A stretch of 57,794 nt of DNA, filler included, from Sphacelaria rigidula (lineage: Eukaryota): assembly GCA_964200075.2 (NCBI GenBank). It is 6 parts of 6 records of this genome, joined end to end, with 100 filler letters (N's around TTAATTAATTAA, not from the genome) between each part and the next. Parts side by side here need not be neighbours in the genome. Positions count along the whole stretch, not along the records: positions 9,651 to 19,199 come from CAXNAA020008250.1; positions 19,300 to 28,848 come from CAXNAA020008251.1; 4 more parts are not named here. One strand, given 5' to 3'. Below the pieces are notes generated by a model. The model saw only the letters and a list, made by a program, of their open reading frames with translations, did no database searches and had not been told where the DNA came from. A program made the position numbers and the translations under genes. Positions 11,703 to 23,903 of this stretch are shown piece after piece (position 1 is the first letter of the stretch; the number at the start of each line of letters is the position of its first letter).

Positions 11703-14700
11703 ATGGCTGAACCGGCGAACAAGGATCCTGCGGTTGACCCAGTTGAGGGTGGGTCGCAGGAAGTTGGTGAGAGAATTTATTCCATAGAGACACAGTTGTC
11801 TCAACTTACGACTCTAGTATCGTCGCTAGTTGAGCAACAGAGAGAGAAAGTGGAGTCCTCTGGTTTTGTAGCTGCCGCGCCGGGAGGCGGAGGGCCAGAG
11901 ACTAGTATGCATCTTTCTGACGATGCTACTGGTGGGACAGCGGGAGGTACGGGCGGCGATGCTCAAGACTTAGGCGTGTCCGGCATGCGGGTTGGACGTG
12001 GTAGTCTCGCAGACTCAGGCTTGAACCCTCATGTATCTACTGTAATCCGTTACTGGTGGGACCGCGGGAGGTACGGGCAGCGATGCCCAAGGCTTAGGCG
12101 TGTCCAGCATGCAGGTTGGGAGTAGTAATCTTACAGGCTCAGGCTTGAACCCTTATGTTTCTGCTGTAAATCGTTCCTCTGTTGCTGCAGTAAACTTTGG
12201 TTCGATCGGGACTGTAGGTGGGGCTTTAGGTCAGTCCTCTGCTCCGCCCGCTCTTACTCTGTCGAATAAGTGATGGGAAAACGTCGCCAGTGGAAACACT
12301 CTGATTCCTGGGGCTGACATTTTTGACACAGGAGAAAAGTTGGGTAGGGGTCCTTTGAAAGTTCCCAAAGCTCCTATTTTTGACGGTAACGACGTGTCGT
12401 ATCCCTCATGGTCGCAAAACTTTCTGTCGAGTGCCCGACACAACAATCTATATGAGGCGTTTGTTTCTGAGGCTGCGATTCCGATTACAGACATTGATTT
12501 CGACTCACCAACATGATACTGTTGTTGAAATTTTATACAGCCAGTAATCTAGCTGCTTGTTTCGTTCTGGGTTTTGACTGTAGCCAGTCAGCGGTGCAAT
12601 AGATTCCGGTTTATAAAGGGCCCCAGCAATGACCCTGGGTGCAGTACCGTTTCACGTGGATCCTCGATGGTAGATATCTTCCAAGCTGAGCCGCGTAAGC
12701 TCGTAGGATACGACACTGTGCTCCTATTGTTTGTGAGTAGCGTACTGTACTCTCGTAGGTGGAAGAGAAACTGAAGTCGCTACGCATACGAGAATCCCGC
12801 AACCTTCTTTGCATCCATGAGAGAGACGCTTGGTGTTCTACAAATGCTTGAAGTCAAGAAAGATGACAGAGAGGTGTGCAACCTGATGCTTGAGGGACTG
12901 TCGCACGAGTACAAGACTTTGCGTGAAACTCTTGTGGTGTTCTGTCCGAATGACCCATCGTTCATAGAGAGGAGGGTCACTTGAGGAAGGACTGCCTGGC
13001 TCGCGTGATCGCTAATCCTACCCAGACCGGAAAATCCGAGGATGCCGAGGATGAGAACTGTGAGAGGTCTAGTTTGGTGTTGCTCTCTCAAACCAGCTTG
13101 AACAACTCGAGTGATCTGACGTGCCTGGTAGCATTTTACGATGCCATGCTGCGTGAGTGCTTGTTCAGTGATGATGCTGTTCGTGAACTCTCTTCTCTTG
13201 TAAGGAAGGATAGGTGTGTCGAACATTGGTATGCAGACACGGGTACTGCTTTCCACATGACTGGTTCTCTTATCTTGTATGAAGGATGAAAAGCCTTGCC
13301 ACAAGAACGTAAAAGGGATTGGTGGTGTGACTTGTGAGGTAGCTCTCTCTGGAACACTGGAGTTGGTGTTTGTGACTGCTGACAGTGAATTTTCCATAGA
13401 GTTGTAGAACGTGTTGTACTCTCCCAACTTAGGTTATCACCTCTTTCCCCCAGCGCAGAGTTTGATGGCAAGTCATGGAATGGTCTTGGTGGTCCTGATG
13501 GTGTGATGACTGCTTACGACGAACATGTTATTAATAAGAACTTCGATGGCATGCTAATTGCGACTGCGTATCGTCTGGGAGATGACTCTGTTGGTTCAGT
13601 GTTGGCTGCCCTCACTCCTTCAAATCCCAAGCATGAAAAGAACATGGATGTGAACGAGTTCCATAACATTTATGCTCATTCACACGAGGGATTACTTCGT
13701 ACTACTGCAAAACGACTAGGTACCGAGTTGGCCGGTGACATGCATGCTTGTACGGGATGTTTGATGTCGAAGGCTATTAGGAAAGGAATTGCTCATGAAA
13801 CTAAACGTAGATTGGATAAAAAGATATGCAGAGTTTTTGTTGACCTGGGAGGGAGGAAGGACGTCGCGTCCGTAGGGGGTAAACACTACCCCATGACTGT
13901 GAAGGATGATTTCACAAGGCGTGCATGGATGTATGTCCTGAGAAGTAAATCAGACGCTGGGAGTGCTTTCCGAAGTTTTCGTACTAGTGTGCGTGCTGAT
14001 GGAATCCCATCATTGGTTGAGATTGCTAGGTCTGACAATGGAGGGGAGTTTTTCGGGGGGGAGTTTTCATCCGTATGCAATGAGCTTTTGATCAAACACA
14101 AGTTCACTCCGGCTTACAGTCCCCAATATAACGGTGTTGCAGAGCGTGGATTGGGATTGATTGAGGAGGCCGCTGTGGCGGCTCGTATTCAGGCGAAAGT
14201 TCTGTTTGGGCATGTGCAGTTATCTAAGACTGACAGACTCTGAGCTGAGGCAATGCATTACGCTTGCGAGGCACTTAATCCCACAGCGTGCTCTGCTAAC
14301 CCTGACTCCAAGTCGCCGTATGAAATGTGGTATGGAGAACCTCGTCCTGCTAAACCGTATCCGTTTTTGAAGCCGGCTTACTGCAGGTGGCAGCGACCGT
14401 CGAAGCTGCTACCGAAAGGTGAGAGTTGCTTTATGTCGGTCCTTCGAGAGACCACCCGCGTGATTGTCATTGAGTACTTCCGAGGGCTGGGACTATTCAG
14501 GAAACGAGAGATGTGACGTGGGAGACATTGCCGTCACAGCTCCCTCCACCGCAACCTCCTCTGCCGATTGAGATCGCGGAAGAGAGAGGGGAGGAAAGTG
14601 ACGACGATGTAAAAGCTGAAGTACGGCCACTTGCAGGAAGGGGAATTCAACACATTCGTATTCGTGTGAATCGTGATGCAGTGTTACCCTATGGTGCAGG

Positions 14701-16793
14701 AATCGATGAGGTTGGCAGTGTTGATGTAGGCAGGGTAGTCCAGTCCCCTTTTGTTCCATCTTCCCCCTCTGTACCATCTTCGCCCGTGAACAACTCCTCT
14801 AGTAGAGCGGCTCCCTCTGTGTCTTCTCCAGCACTTGAGATAGAAGGGGGGGGGCACGGAGGGCAGGAGACAGGGGAAGTAGAGACGGCGGATCCGGGAG
14901 GAGATGATGAGGTAAAGTCGATTGGGCCGGGAGGGCATGGTGATGTAGAGTCGATTGGGCCGGGAGAGCAGGAAGTAGAGGCGGAGGCACCTCCTCCAGC
15001 CGCTCGTCGTCCGCGGCATGTCACTGAGCTTGCTAATTTTAATACTGATGCGCGTGAAGATGATGAAGTAAGAGAAGGTAGAACTCGTGCGTAAACTCGT
15101 GCTGTAAATCAGTAGAGCGGTCTGGCCTTGTGACCACCCTAGGACCCATCTCCGTATCAGAGATAATGTATGCACTCTTCGCGGAACAGAGAGCAGGTGA
15201 CGCCGTGGAATTGCCGAAAGAACGCGTCCAGAATGTTGAGTCAGAGCCTGGTAGCTATCAAGAAGCCCGGCAATCAAAGCACGCAAAGATTTGGGATGGA
15301 GCCATGTCTGCAGAAGTTGAAGGCTTGATAAGAGCAGGAACGTTCACGTTAGCAGTAAAGATCCCAGTAGGCTGTAATGTGATTGATGCTAGATGAGTTT
15401 TCAAAAAGGAAGCAGACGAAACACGGAAGGTAGTGAAGGCCAAGGCTAGGCTCGTAGCGAAGGGCTTCAAGCAGAAGTACGGTGTGGACTATCTGGAGAC
15501 TTTCTCGCCTACTACAAATGCTGCATCGATGTGATTGCTAGGAGCGTTGGCGTGCAAGTACAAGTTGGAGTTACTCCACTGGGATATTGAGCAAGCGTTT
15601 GTTCGGTCGGAATTGGATCACGAGGTGTTCATGAAGTTGCCTCCTGGCTGCGGTTCGATGTCAGGAAAGGTTGTCCGTTCGAACAAGAATTTGTACGGAT
15701 TGAAGCAGGCGTCTAAAACATTTTACAAGAGGCTAGTGCCGGACCCGAAAAGGATTGTTTTCCAGCAGTCTCTGTCTGACCCCTGTGTCCTGCGTTTCAT
15801 GATGGGAGACGAGGTGGTGGGTATGGTCGCGATTCACGTGGACGATATTCTGTATGCAGGAACTAAGAGTCTTGCCAAGGTGGTGGTGAAATCGCTAGGC
15901 GACTTTCTTCCTACGAAGAATTTGGGTGAGGTCAAGTTCTTTCTTGTTTGCGCATTTATTCGCGACCGCGAGGCTGGCATGATTGAGATTTCTCAAGAAA
16001 GTTACATCAGGGGTGTTCTCGAGAGATTTAATATTTTTCGCACCAGCTCGATCCCTGCTTCCCTTGCCAACGATAACAGGTCCTTGATGGAAGATGAGGG
16101 GGTAGGAGAGGTGCCGTTCTGAGAGGTAGTGGGGAGCCTGATGTGAATCGCCAACCAGACAAGGCGCGACATCTCGAATGCTGTGCGGGCGGTGGCGAGG
16201 CACTCTCACGAGACAAAGGAGAGTCACTGGAAGGCAGCCCAGAAGAATTTGAATTATCTTCTGGAAACGGTGCATCTAACTCTGAAGTTCAAGCAGGACA
16301 GTACGGTAGATGTAGGCACGTTGGTGTACGTAGATGCCGATTTTGCGAGCAAGGCTACTGACCGTAGATCCGTTCCGGGAGCGTTGGTTTTTGTGGCTGC
16401 CATGCTTGTAGTTTGGATTTCTAGGACGCAGAAATGCGTTTCACAGTCGACTTCTGAAGCAGAGTATCTTGCGATGGGTGATGATGTGAAGGAGACTCTG
16501 TTTGTGACGGAATGCTTCAGTTCTTGAGGCCTAGTGTGAAGCCTCGTAAGATTGAGACACTCGATAACGACGCGGGTGCGATTGCGCTTCCAGAGAATCC
16601 GCTTACCTCGTGCAGGAGTAAACACATTGACGTGAGGCACCACATTCTTAGGAATTTGACCGAGGAGGGTGTGATCGAGATCACGCATGTTCCCAGCGAA
16701 GTACAGCATGCGGACATCCTCACGAAGGCTTTGCCAAGAGATTATTTTGAAGTTCATCGTGGTTTTGCCCTTGGCTTGAGAAATGAGAAGTAG
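11703..16793 (+). pseudogene. Copia gag-pol polyprotein with many stops and frameshifts
   Basis: gag (LMLEGLSHEYKTL), protease (WYADTGTAFHMTGS), pre-integrase (HSHE...CTGC), integrase (DLGG, KDDFTR, SDNGGEF, TPAYSPQYNGVAER), RT ([32 protein letters not shown]) and RNase H (YVDADFA, SEAEY, KHIDVRHH, ADILTK). Confidence 0.95.
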
Positions 16794-16854
16794 AAGTCTC
16801 AGTCATAATTTGGTTTTGTGATAATGTATTTGGTCCGGTAGATACAACAACCCC

Positions 16855-16863
16855 AAGGGAGGG
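16855..16863 (+). promoter_or_regulatory. Polypurine tract of the Copia element
   Basis: AAGGGAGGG immediately before the 3' LTR. Confidence 0.75.
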
Positions 16864-17274
16864 TGTTCGTGATAGCTGCTGTAGTATCGATTGATTTGCG
16901 TAGAACATCTAATTGGACGATTAAATAACGGAACTGTCGATCTATAAGTTGCCGAGTTATTATATATTTGAGAATTGCGAAGAACGTTTGCGATCCTTTC
17001 TGTTGCTCATGTAGGAATACTCTTTGTGGATACTGCACTAGTCCGAGCATGGTATTTGTGGTGTGGGAGACAACCCGAGGTTTTGTGGTACGTGAGGAAG
17101 TACGTTGGTCTGAGTTCCGTTGCTGGAACCATGTGATGGTTTCTAGAGTTTCTGGGATGTAGATAATGCGAGCTCGCCTACCATGCTCACTCCACGTTCC
17201 CGACCTGTATCTCGGGACCAAGGTCTCAATAATACAATAGATATTTTTCTCCAGAGGTCACGAGTTTACCAACA
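16864..17274 (+). repeat. 3' LTR (411 bp)
   Basis: TGTTCGTGATAG...CACGAGTTTACCAACA. Confidence 0.9.
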
Positions 17275-17374
17275 TGTGGTTGGGTATTTCCTTGGGAATA
17301 CAGTTAATGATTTCCGTCGTTGCAAGCGTGTGTATGGGAGTAGACGAAAATATTCTGTTTGATTGAGTTTGTTT

Positions 17375-17537
17375 GACGAGAGTTGACGCGGAGCGGTAGT
17401 AAGTTAATGAGTCATTATCCAATCCGCGAGACCACAATGCAAGGCGTATACCGGGGAGCGACGGGTTGATCCCTTGAGAACACGCACTCGTCCCTAGGAA
17501 GAGGAGGGTTTGAAAGTGTAACGCCAAGACAAAAAAA
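17375..17537 (+). mobile_element. SINE family B, 5'-truncated copy
   Basis: Shares ATCCAATCCGCGAGA...GGGTTGATCCCTTGAGA...GAGGG with 43692-43968. Confidence 0.7.
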
Positions 17538-18732
17538 GGAGCTGAGCGACTCGCCCAAGTAGATGAGGTTTCTCGCCGTGACAGCATGCACGGTGTCCCA
17601 AGGCATGTTGCGAGGACTCTTGGTGCGATGGGGTCAAACACAATTGGTGTCGGTTCCATGACCGATTGGACACCCCTAAAAAGCAGTCCCAACGACCGCT
17701 GCGAACACGCTCCCTAGTTTTGTTCAAGGTGTTGCCGTAAAGAAGTTACTCATTGGCCAAACAACAGCAAGCTTGGTAGTCGCAGATAGATGGAGCAGAT
17801 GCGCAGTCTGGCGATCGATGATTGATATGTCTATTGCCAAGGGTGAAGGCATCTCTGGACATGCACAATCTTTGCTGTGTACAGAAAACGTTTTGCCCCG
17901 ATCACTCCACGGTGACGTACATATCATACCAAAGTATGGTATATTTCCAGCATATTTGTCCTTTTTCACCAGCGTTTCCTCGAGGATATCGAGCACGCGT
18001 TCTCCATATAGCGAAGATGAGCCCACAGAGAGCACCACGCAACAAACCGCGCGATATTCCTTGTTGTAGTTATTGACATCTCCTTCGTTGCGAATTGAGT
18101 ACCCTCGAGCTGGTGCAAGTCAAAGGTCACGGTTTTCAAGCAAATAGAACGCTCCGGCAGTCTGTCGTCGAATCTGCTGCTGCTGTTGATGATCTCCTCC
18201 GCTCTCTCGTGGTCATGTACGTTGTCTTATGTTAGAGTACGTCTAACAGAGAGTGTGTGCTATGCATCAAAATCCGGGGACTTGTATTTGCGAAGACATG
18301 GTCTAAGAAGGGAACGGCTTCATCTCATTCTTGTGCATGAAGCCAAGACGTCTCAGGCTGATTCGGTCATCGTTTCAGAGTAGATGCCCGGTGGCTATAC
18401 GTCCACGTGGGTTACCCCACCTGCCGCACGCCGCGCTATACGATATGGCATGGGCGATGCTGGAGTGCCGGCGGTAGACGACAGAGAATTCTATAAAATG
18501 AGGCTGTACACTAAAATGAGGTTCACGCCCAACAATAGTGATTATGAAGAACATACCACGTGTGGCCAAGTACTTTTGTGCGTTCTCTTTCGAATTGTTA
18601 TTATTGTTATTCTCAGGGCGTGTCTTTGTACATTCATTTTCGATAAAAAAGTGCGGTGGGAGAAGCCAAATTCCGATTTGATGGATCGTCACTTTAACAT
18701 AAATGACGTGGACGTGAATGGCGACCTATTTG

Positions 18733-18903
18733 ACTGATTGATTGATTGATTGATTGTCGCACTTTAGCTGACCACCAGGACCCCCGATGGGGTTGGCGTC
18801 GGTTGGCGATGACGCTATAAAACACGCCACTCACTGCGTAAGCCAGGTAACCAGGTCACAGTTCTTTTTTGCACGCTTGCGTTTTTTTGCGGTAACCATG
18901 ATG
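18733..18903 (-). repeat. Dispersed retroelement 3' end with (CAAT)n tail; second copy at ~38174-38298
   Basis: A ~125-bp near-identical block (GGACCCCCGAT...GACGCTATAAAACACGCCACTCA...CATGATG) occurs in two contigs, with an adjacent (GATT)n tract here. Confidence 0.7.
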
Positions 18904-19029
18904 AACACTATATCCGTGAGATTCAGAGGGTAGTTTCAGATTCAGAGTGGATGCTCTAGCGTTCCTAAGGCCGGATGTTATGGCACACAGATTTTTGGCC
19001 CACGGATTGTTCACTTTATAACGTGTGAG

Positions 19030-19165
19030 CCACGTTTTGATCCTCAAACGGGGAACATCGCCAACACACGTCTTGGACACTTTGCACCACCCTGCCGAAA
19101 GGGGCCTAGCCCACTTTTCAGATTCGCTTGGCTCCAAGATTTCGAGAGCGGTCGCTGAACAAAAA
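19030..19165. repeat. Single arm of the fold-back repeat family at the contig end
   Basis: Aligns by eye with ~800-930 (CACACGTCTTGGACACTTTG...TCGCTTGG...GATTTCGAGAGCGG). Confidence 0.8.
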
Positions 19166-19663
19166 TCCGTGTGCAACAAAATCTACGGCGATCTCAACAN
19201 NNNNNNNNNNNNNNNNNNNNNNNNNNNNNNNNNNNNNNNNNNNTTAATTAATTAANNNNNNNNNNNNNNNNNNNNNNNNNNNNNNNNNNNNNNNNNNNNG
19301 TAAGAACAACCAACACTTTCCAGAACATTCCGAGAATCGATCTGGACCGTCGTTCTCAGTACCATTTCTGGAAATCCCCAGTACCGTTTCCCATCGGTCC
19401 ACCACATTTTCCTCCGACAGTCTCGTGATGGTATCCTGGATCTCACATTTACCACGATTGAAATCACACGATTAAGATGCCCCGCCTTGATTTACGTAGC
19501 CTCTTGCGTCCAATATTTGCTGTCGTTGAGCTTCTTGTGCGTAGTCTTCACGCCTACTCGTGATAAACGATATGCGATATACGTGGTAGGTGAGCTGCAA
19601 ATATGTGCACGATTTCATGAAATAACTTTCTTACGCCCGATGCACGCGTCGCCCTTGTTGTTG

Positions 19664-19696
<33 letters not shown>

Positions 19697-19702
19697 CGAT
19701 AG

Positions 19703-19889
19703 CTTCCGCGCGTGACGACCCACGTGTTCGCCGAGGATACCGACCCCAACATCCTGAGTCAGCCGAACATCACCACGAGCGAGCTGAAGACGATGTTTGA
19801 GGATATCCGGGACAAGTTCGGCCCATGCTACGATCGGCGAACTAGTTCAGAGTTGGGCGCACGCACCCCGTGGGAGGACCTCTGCGAAG
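19703..19889 (+). CDS. Exon of unknown gene B (possibly a transposon-associated Myb/SANT-like protein)
   Basis: GATAG| acceptor, GAAG|GTGAGA donor and GC-rich codons. Splices in phase 1 to 22174. Confidence 0.6.
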
Positions 19890-20429
19890 GTGAGAGAAGC
19901 GTTGATCTTTCAGGAGGCAGGGTATCGGTAAGCGGACGAAATATCATGGGCCACGGCGTCTCGCGGTTTGACTAGATTCACGATATTACTTCCAGAATGG
20001 AGGGGGGGGGGGACGAAAGATCGTCTACGTTGGACTTCGGAAACGTTGGGGTGGTGCTTGATTTGTGGCGCAGGTACATGAGTAATCAACGCATGCGTCG
20101 GGCGCTTATTGTGGTATTTTCGTGCTTCGCGATTTTTGCAATTTTTTTCTCTTCCCCTCGTCGCAGCAAACATTTCATCCCAGAATTTGGGGGATCAAGA
20201 GATATCAGTATCCGCTCCACAGGCCTAAAAGAAATCATTTTTGCAACCAATAGAGAGCGACGCACGGGTTGAGCGGTCCTCGGGGACCTACACAGCCCCT
20301 GTTCTGAGTTTTCGGTGTTTTCGCTCGAAGGAACCAATCCCGGTCGTTCTCGTGGAAAAATGTCAACGTCATTTATTTCAAGATTCACGTGTTCATTACG
20401 CTAGAGCCGCATACCTATGTTTTTGGACC

Positions 20430-21341
20430 AGTGTGTGTTGTGTTGTGCGTTGTCGTCCCTTCTATTCTTGGCGCCGGTCTATACCTTACGGTATATGTGG
20501 GCGCATCAGCCGGGGTCACACAGGAGGAAGGTCAACACAGGAGCGTATTCTTTTTTATTTGTTTTTAGTACCCCACCTCCCTTTTGCGGTGCTTGCCTTT
20601 TATTTTTCATCGCAAGAGGGGTCCAGCAGTGCCTATTCCTCGTCGACCGTCAAGTCGAATGTTGTGTACAGTAGTGGACGGTCTAACTATTGAGGGGTGT
20701 TTTGTTCTGTTTTTCGCGTACTACTCTTCGATAAAAATCGAAACTGCCAGCGTCGGTAGATTTTGGCACAATGAACAGATCATCCTCGATACATAGTGCC
20801 CAAGTCAGTGTTAGTTGAGGCTATCGGGCGATATTGGCAAATACCCCGTTTATCAGGAGGGTGTTATTGACGGTGAAACACAGTTTTTCGGCTCTGGTGC
20901 AATGAGTAGGTAGAAAAAAAAAAAAACTGTACATTTCTTGACAGATGATCTGGACAGGCTCGGTTGACCGAAAACATCGAAAAGTAAGAAGCTGGGCTGA
21001 AACGTCGCGGGACCCCCAATGACCGGTCAGCCCGTAAGTCGTTCAATACTGAGTACAGAAGTTTTTTTTTTTTTGGAATGTGGAGCGGATAAAAACATCT
21101 TCAGATCCCCAATGTGATAAGCGGTGGCAATCGAAAAGAGCCCAAGAATATCGCCGATGACGAAAAATTCACAAAACGCCACAAAATGAATAGTTAGACC
21201 GCCCACTACTGTACCCACGACATAGTCGCTATTCACTGTTGGGCATGGTGTGAGAAAAATCCCACATCGCCCCGAGAATTGACCCCACGACCCAACCATC
21301 AGAAGGTTTGGAAGTTACTAACTGAGCCACCGGGGCGACCG
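20430..21341 (-). mobile_element. tRNA-derived SINE family A, interrupted by a Tc1/mariner MITE
   Basis: Minus-strand head GCCCCGGTGGCTCAGTTAG (A box) ... GGTCAATTCTCGGGGC (degenerate B box). The 3' part matches 29316-29536 and ends in a CA-rich tail. Confidence 0.75.
20669..21211. mobile_element. Tc1/mariner-type non-autonomous element (543 bp)
   Basis: TIRs CAGTAGTGGACGGTCTAACTATT / AATAGTTAGACCGCCCACTACTG (1 mismatch), flanked by TA on both sides. Confidence 0.85.
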
Positions 21342-22173
21342 GTTTTCTAGTCACGTCGAAAATACGCCCCTGATAAACGGTGTCTAAACTCAGTATCGCC
21401 CCGACAACATCAACGTGGGAATTATGTTGTGAGCACAACCTGCCCTATTCCCTAATCTCTACAGACTGTAGCACTTCCGAGTCCTGATGGAAACTATGTG
21501 AGGTATAACGAAAAAGCATAAACACCAAAAACTGCCAAAATGTGTTATTGCCCGTTTGTGGTAAAAGAAACACAGTTATTTGGTTGTTGCGCGATGAATA
21601 GGTGAAAAATCCTACGAAGTGGATTTGTACAAATGTTCAAGGAAACGAACGGGATTGGGTTACTCCTCCGAACTATGTACGTATCAGTTAGGCAGTTTTG
21701 TTGTCCGGTGTTAACACGGAATTTCCTCGCATACTGCTCTTCATCACCACTCGAAAATGCTGGAGTTGGTAGATGTTGGGAGAAGGGCCGGTCAGCCCGT
21801 ATGCGCTCAACATTGACTGCAGAATGTGAAGCGGATACTAGTTTCTCACGATGCCAAAACGTTCTGGGACTAATTGTGCACTGGGACGGGCGGTGGGAAG
21901 CAAAAAACATTGTAGGAAATCGTCAGCTCCTCAATTATCACAAAATCGCCCGACGTAGACCTTTGCGTACTGTATAGTATCTTTCGTGCATGCAGCCCCT
22001 CACAGAGAACGACACACACCACCCCCCCCCCCCCCCCGCCCCNNNNNNNNNNCCCCCGCCCGCCACTTTCTAGTCTGTATCTGTTCTGTCGTTCCCGCCC
22101 CCCCCCCCCGCCGCAAGCCCCCCCCCCCCCCCCCCCCCCGCCCCCCCTGTTTCCAATCCTCTCCCCTTGATAG

Positions 22174-22796
22174 GAGACACGGACGTCTTCCTTATGGGAG
22201 AAGCCATGTTTATGTATCCAGAACTACTCCCGATTGTCGACACCCTTATGCCCGAGGATGTACGGCGAGAGGACGACGGCACGAACGACCCTTACACCCT
22301 CGTGGGTGACTCCGCGTCCCCGACCGGCGCCTCCCGTAGGGCACAGGCGAAGCGCAGGGGGGTGGAGCTGTACAATAATCGCCGTGATCAAGCTAAGGCG
22401 AGGAAGCTGTCACGGGCTCGGGAGGCCGAAGACATGGCGGAGCGATGCACGGAGAGGGCTCTGTCTAACGTCTCGGCGACGCTCGGCACGCCCCCTAATA
22501 ACATGAACTCCGAGTGGCGCAGTAAGACGGACGAAGCAGAGTGCGTATCCGCCCGTCTATGCCTCCGCCTCGAGCAGACCAGGGCGTACGAGAAGTTCAC
22601 GGCTGAGCTCGATAAGCAGGCGGAAACAGATCCCGAGGGAAATGGTTTCATGTCGCGGTTTCTGAAGCGGCAGCTCAAGAACCTCGAAGACACCATGCTA
22701 CACCCGGACAATGCCGGTGACGGGGGGGGAGTGGGGGTACGACCGGGAAGCGGGGCGGGGGTGGGGTCGGACGCAGGTGGACATACATTTCGGTAG
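22174..22796 (+). CDS. Probable terminal exon of gene B (GDTDVFLMGEAMFMYPELLPIVDTLMPED...; helical or coiled-coil C-terminus)
   Basis: 209-aa ORF with high GC3, a pyrimidine-rich TTGATAG| acceptor and stop TAG at 22794-22796. Confidence 0.65.
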
Positions 22797-23119
22797 TACG
22801 CAACAGATGCCGTACATGGACGACCGTTCGTCGTGCTTGTTCTCCTGTGGGAGAAAAATGTGGGCGGAGTGCTCAGGATATACATATAGGTATCACTATC
22901 GGTCCTCGGCGGCAAGGCCGTACCGGCGGTGGAGACAGAAGCACGGAACGTGCGTTGTTCTGTTGTTGACTGAATTCGGATGGCGCTTATTGTGCTACCT
23001 GTTTTATCGTTATTTTTTTCTCTTTTTGCGAGCGTTCCGTTGGCAAATTTTTGTTGCTTATCGGGAGCAGCACCCCCGCCACTCACTTTCTTCCCTGCAT
23101 TGTCTTACGTGAATGGGGC

Positions 23120-23695
23120 AAATGTGATGCTGTGTGTATGGTGTTGAGGGCGCCGTGTCCCTTGATCCTCACAATCTGTCGAGGGCAGGGGAAGCTGTTT
23201 CGATGTTTCGGCTTATCTGTTGGGGTAGTGGTTGAACGGTAGGGGTATTGCCTCCAGCGATGCCGTGTTTTTTTTGCTGCCTTTTGCTTTGTGGCTACAC
23301 AGCCTGTGTTTGATTTCCAGATGTCGCCTCATACGCCACCTGTTTTCTTATTAGTTTATCCCGTCTTGCACGAAATGATTTTTTTTGCAAGATATCGTGG
23401 GAATATTTGTTTATTATCGGGGACAGTACTCCAGGCATTCACTTTTGTTTTCCTTGCATTGTCTTGCGCCAAGCATTATGTTTTGCTTGAGTTTTCGGGT
23501 TGTGAAAGTGGAAAATGTATTGCCATGCGTTTGACTTTGAGGGCGCTGCGTCCCCCGACGCTCGCAATCTGTTAAAGGAATGCGAACCTGATTTGATGTT
23601 TCGGCACATATTTTCGGGCATCGGTTGGAAAAATAAGGATATTGCCTCAGGTGATGACGTGTTTTTCTCGCCGCCTTCTGTTTTGTGGCTGCGAC
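23120..23695. repeat. Degenerate direct repeat, two ~180-bp copies ~390 bp apart
   Basis: AAATGT...TTGAGGGCGC.G.GTCCC...CAATCTGT...TATTGCCTC...TTTGTGGCT at ~23120 and ~23512. Confidence 0.6.
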
Positions 23696-23903
23696 GCTGT
23701 TTCGGTTAACGGATGTCGCCCAATAAACTACAGGCTGGGTCACGCCTATCACCCCGAACATGGTCATTCGCAAAACCTCAGGTCGGTGTTTGGAGTTAGA
23801 CTCTGAAACTTTGCACACGTGTGTGTACTGTGGATCATTACAAACGTTTTTATTTGCGGGGTTTTTGTCCTCGTCAGTCATCAGGGGGTCCAAGGGTTTT
23901 CCG

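Larger units (their letters stand above)
11157..17274 (+). mobile_element. Ty1/Copia LTR retrotransposon, degenerate
   Basis: Two TG...CA LTRs, a PPT, and the gag-PR-IN-RT-RH domain order diagnostic of Copia. Confidence 0.95.

Noticed and set aside
11703-16793. RIP-like or methylation-driven hypermutation (many TGG>TGA, CGA>TGA and CAG>TAG stops)
   Set aside because: Transition-derived stop codons are necessarily C>T or G>A, so the pattern is uninformative without an alignment to a consensus.
17938-18110. Minus-strand exon-like segment (RGYSIRNEGDV...GNIPYF)
   Set aside because: Splice-like borders, but two frames are plausible, with no recognisable homology and no partner exon.
9013-19703. 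Gene A continuing into the exon at 19703, with the Copia element in its intron
   Set aside because: It spans two artificial spacers.
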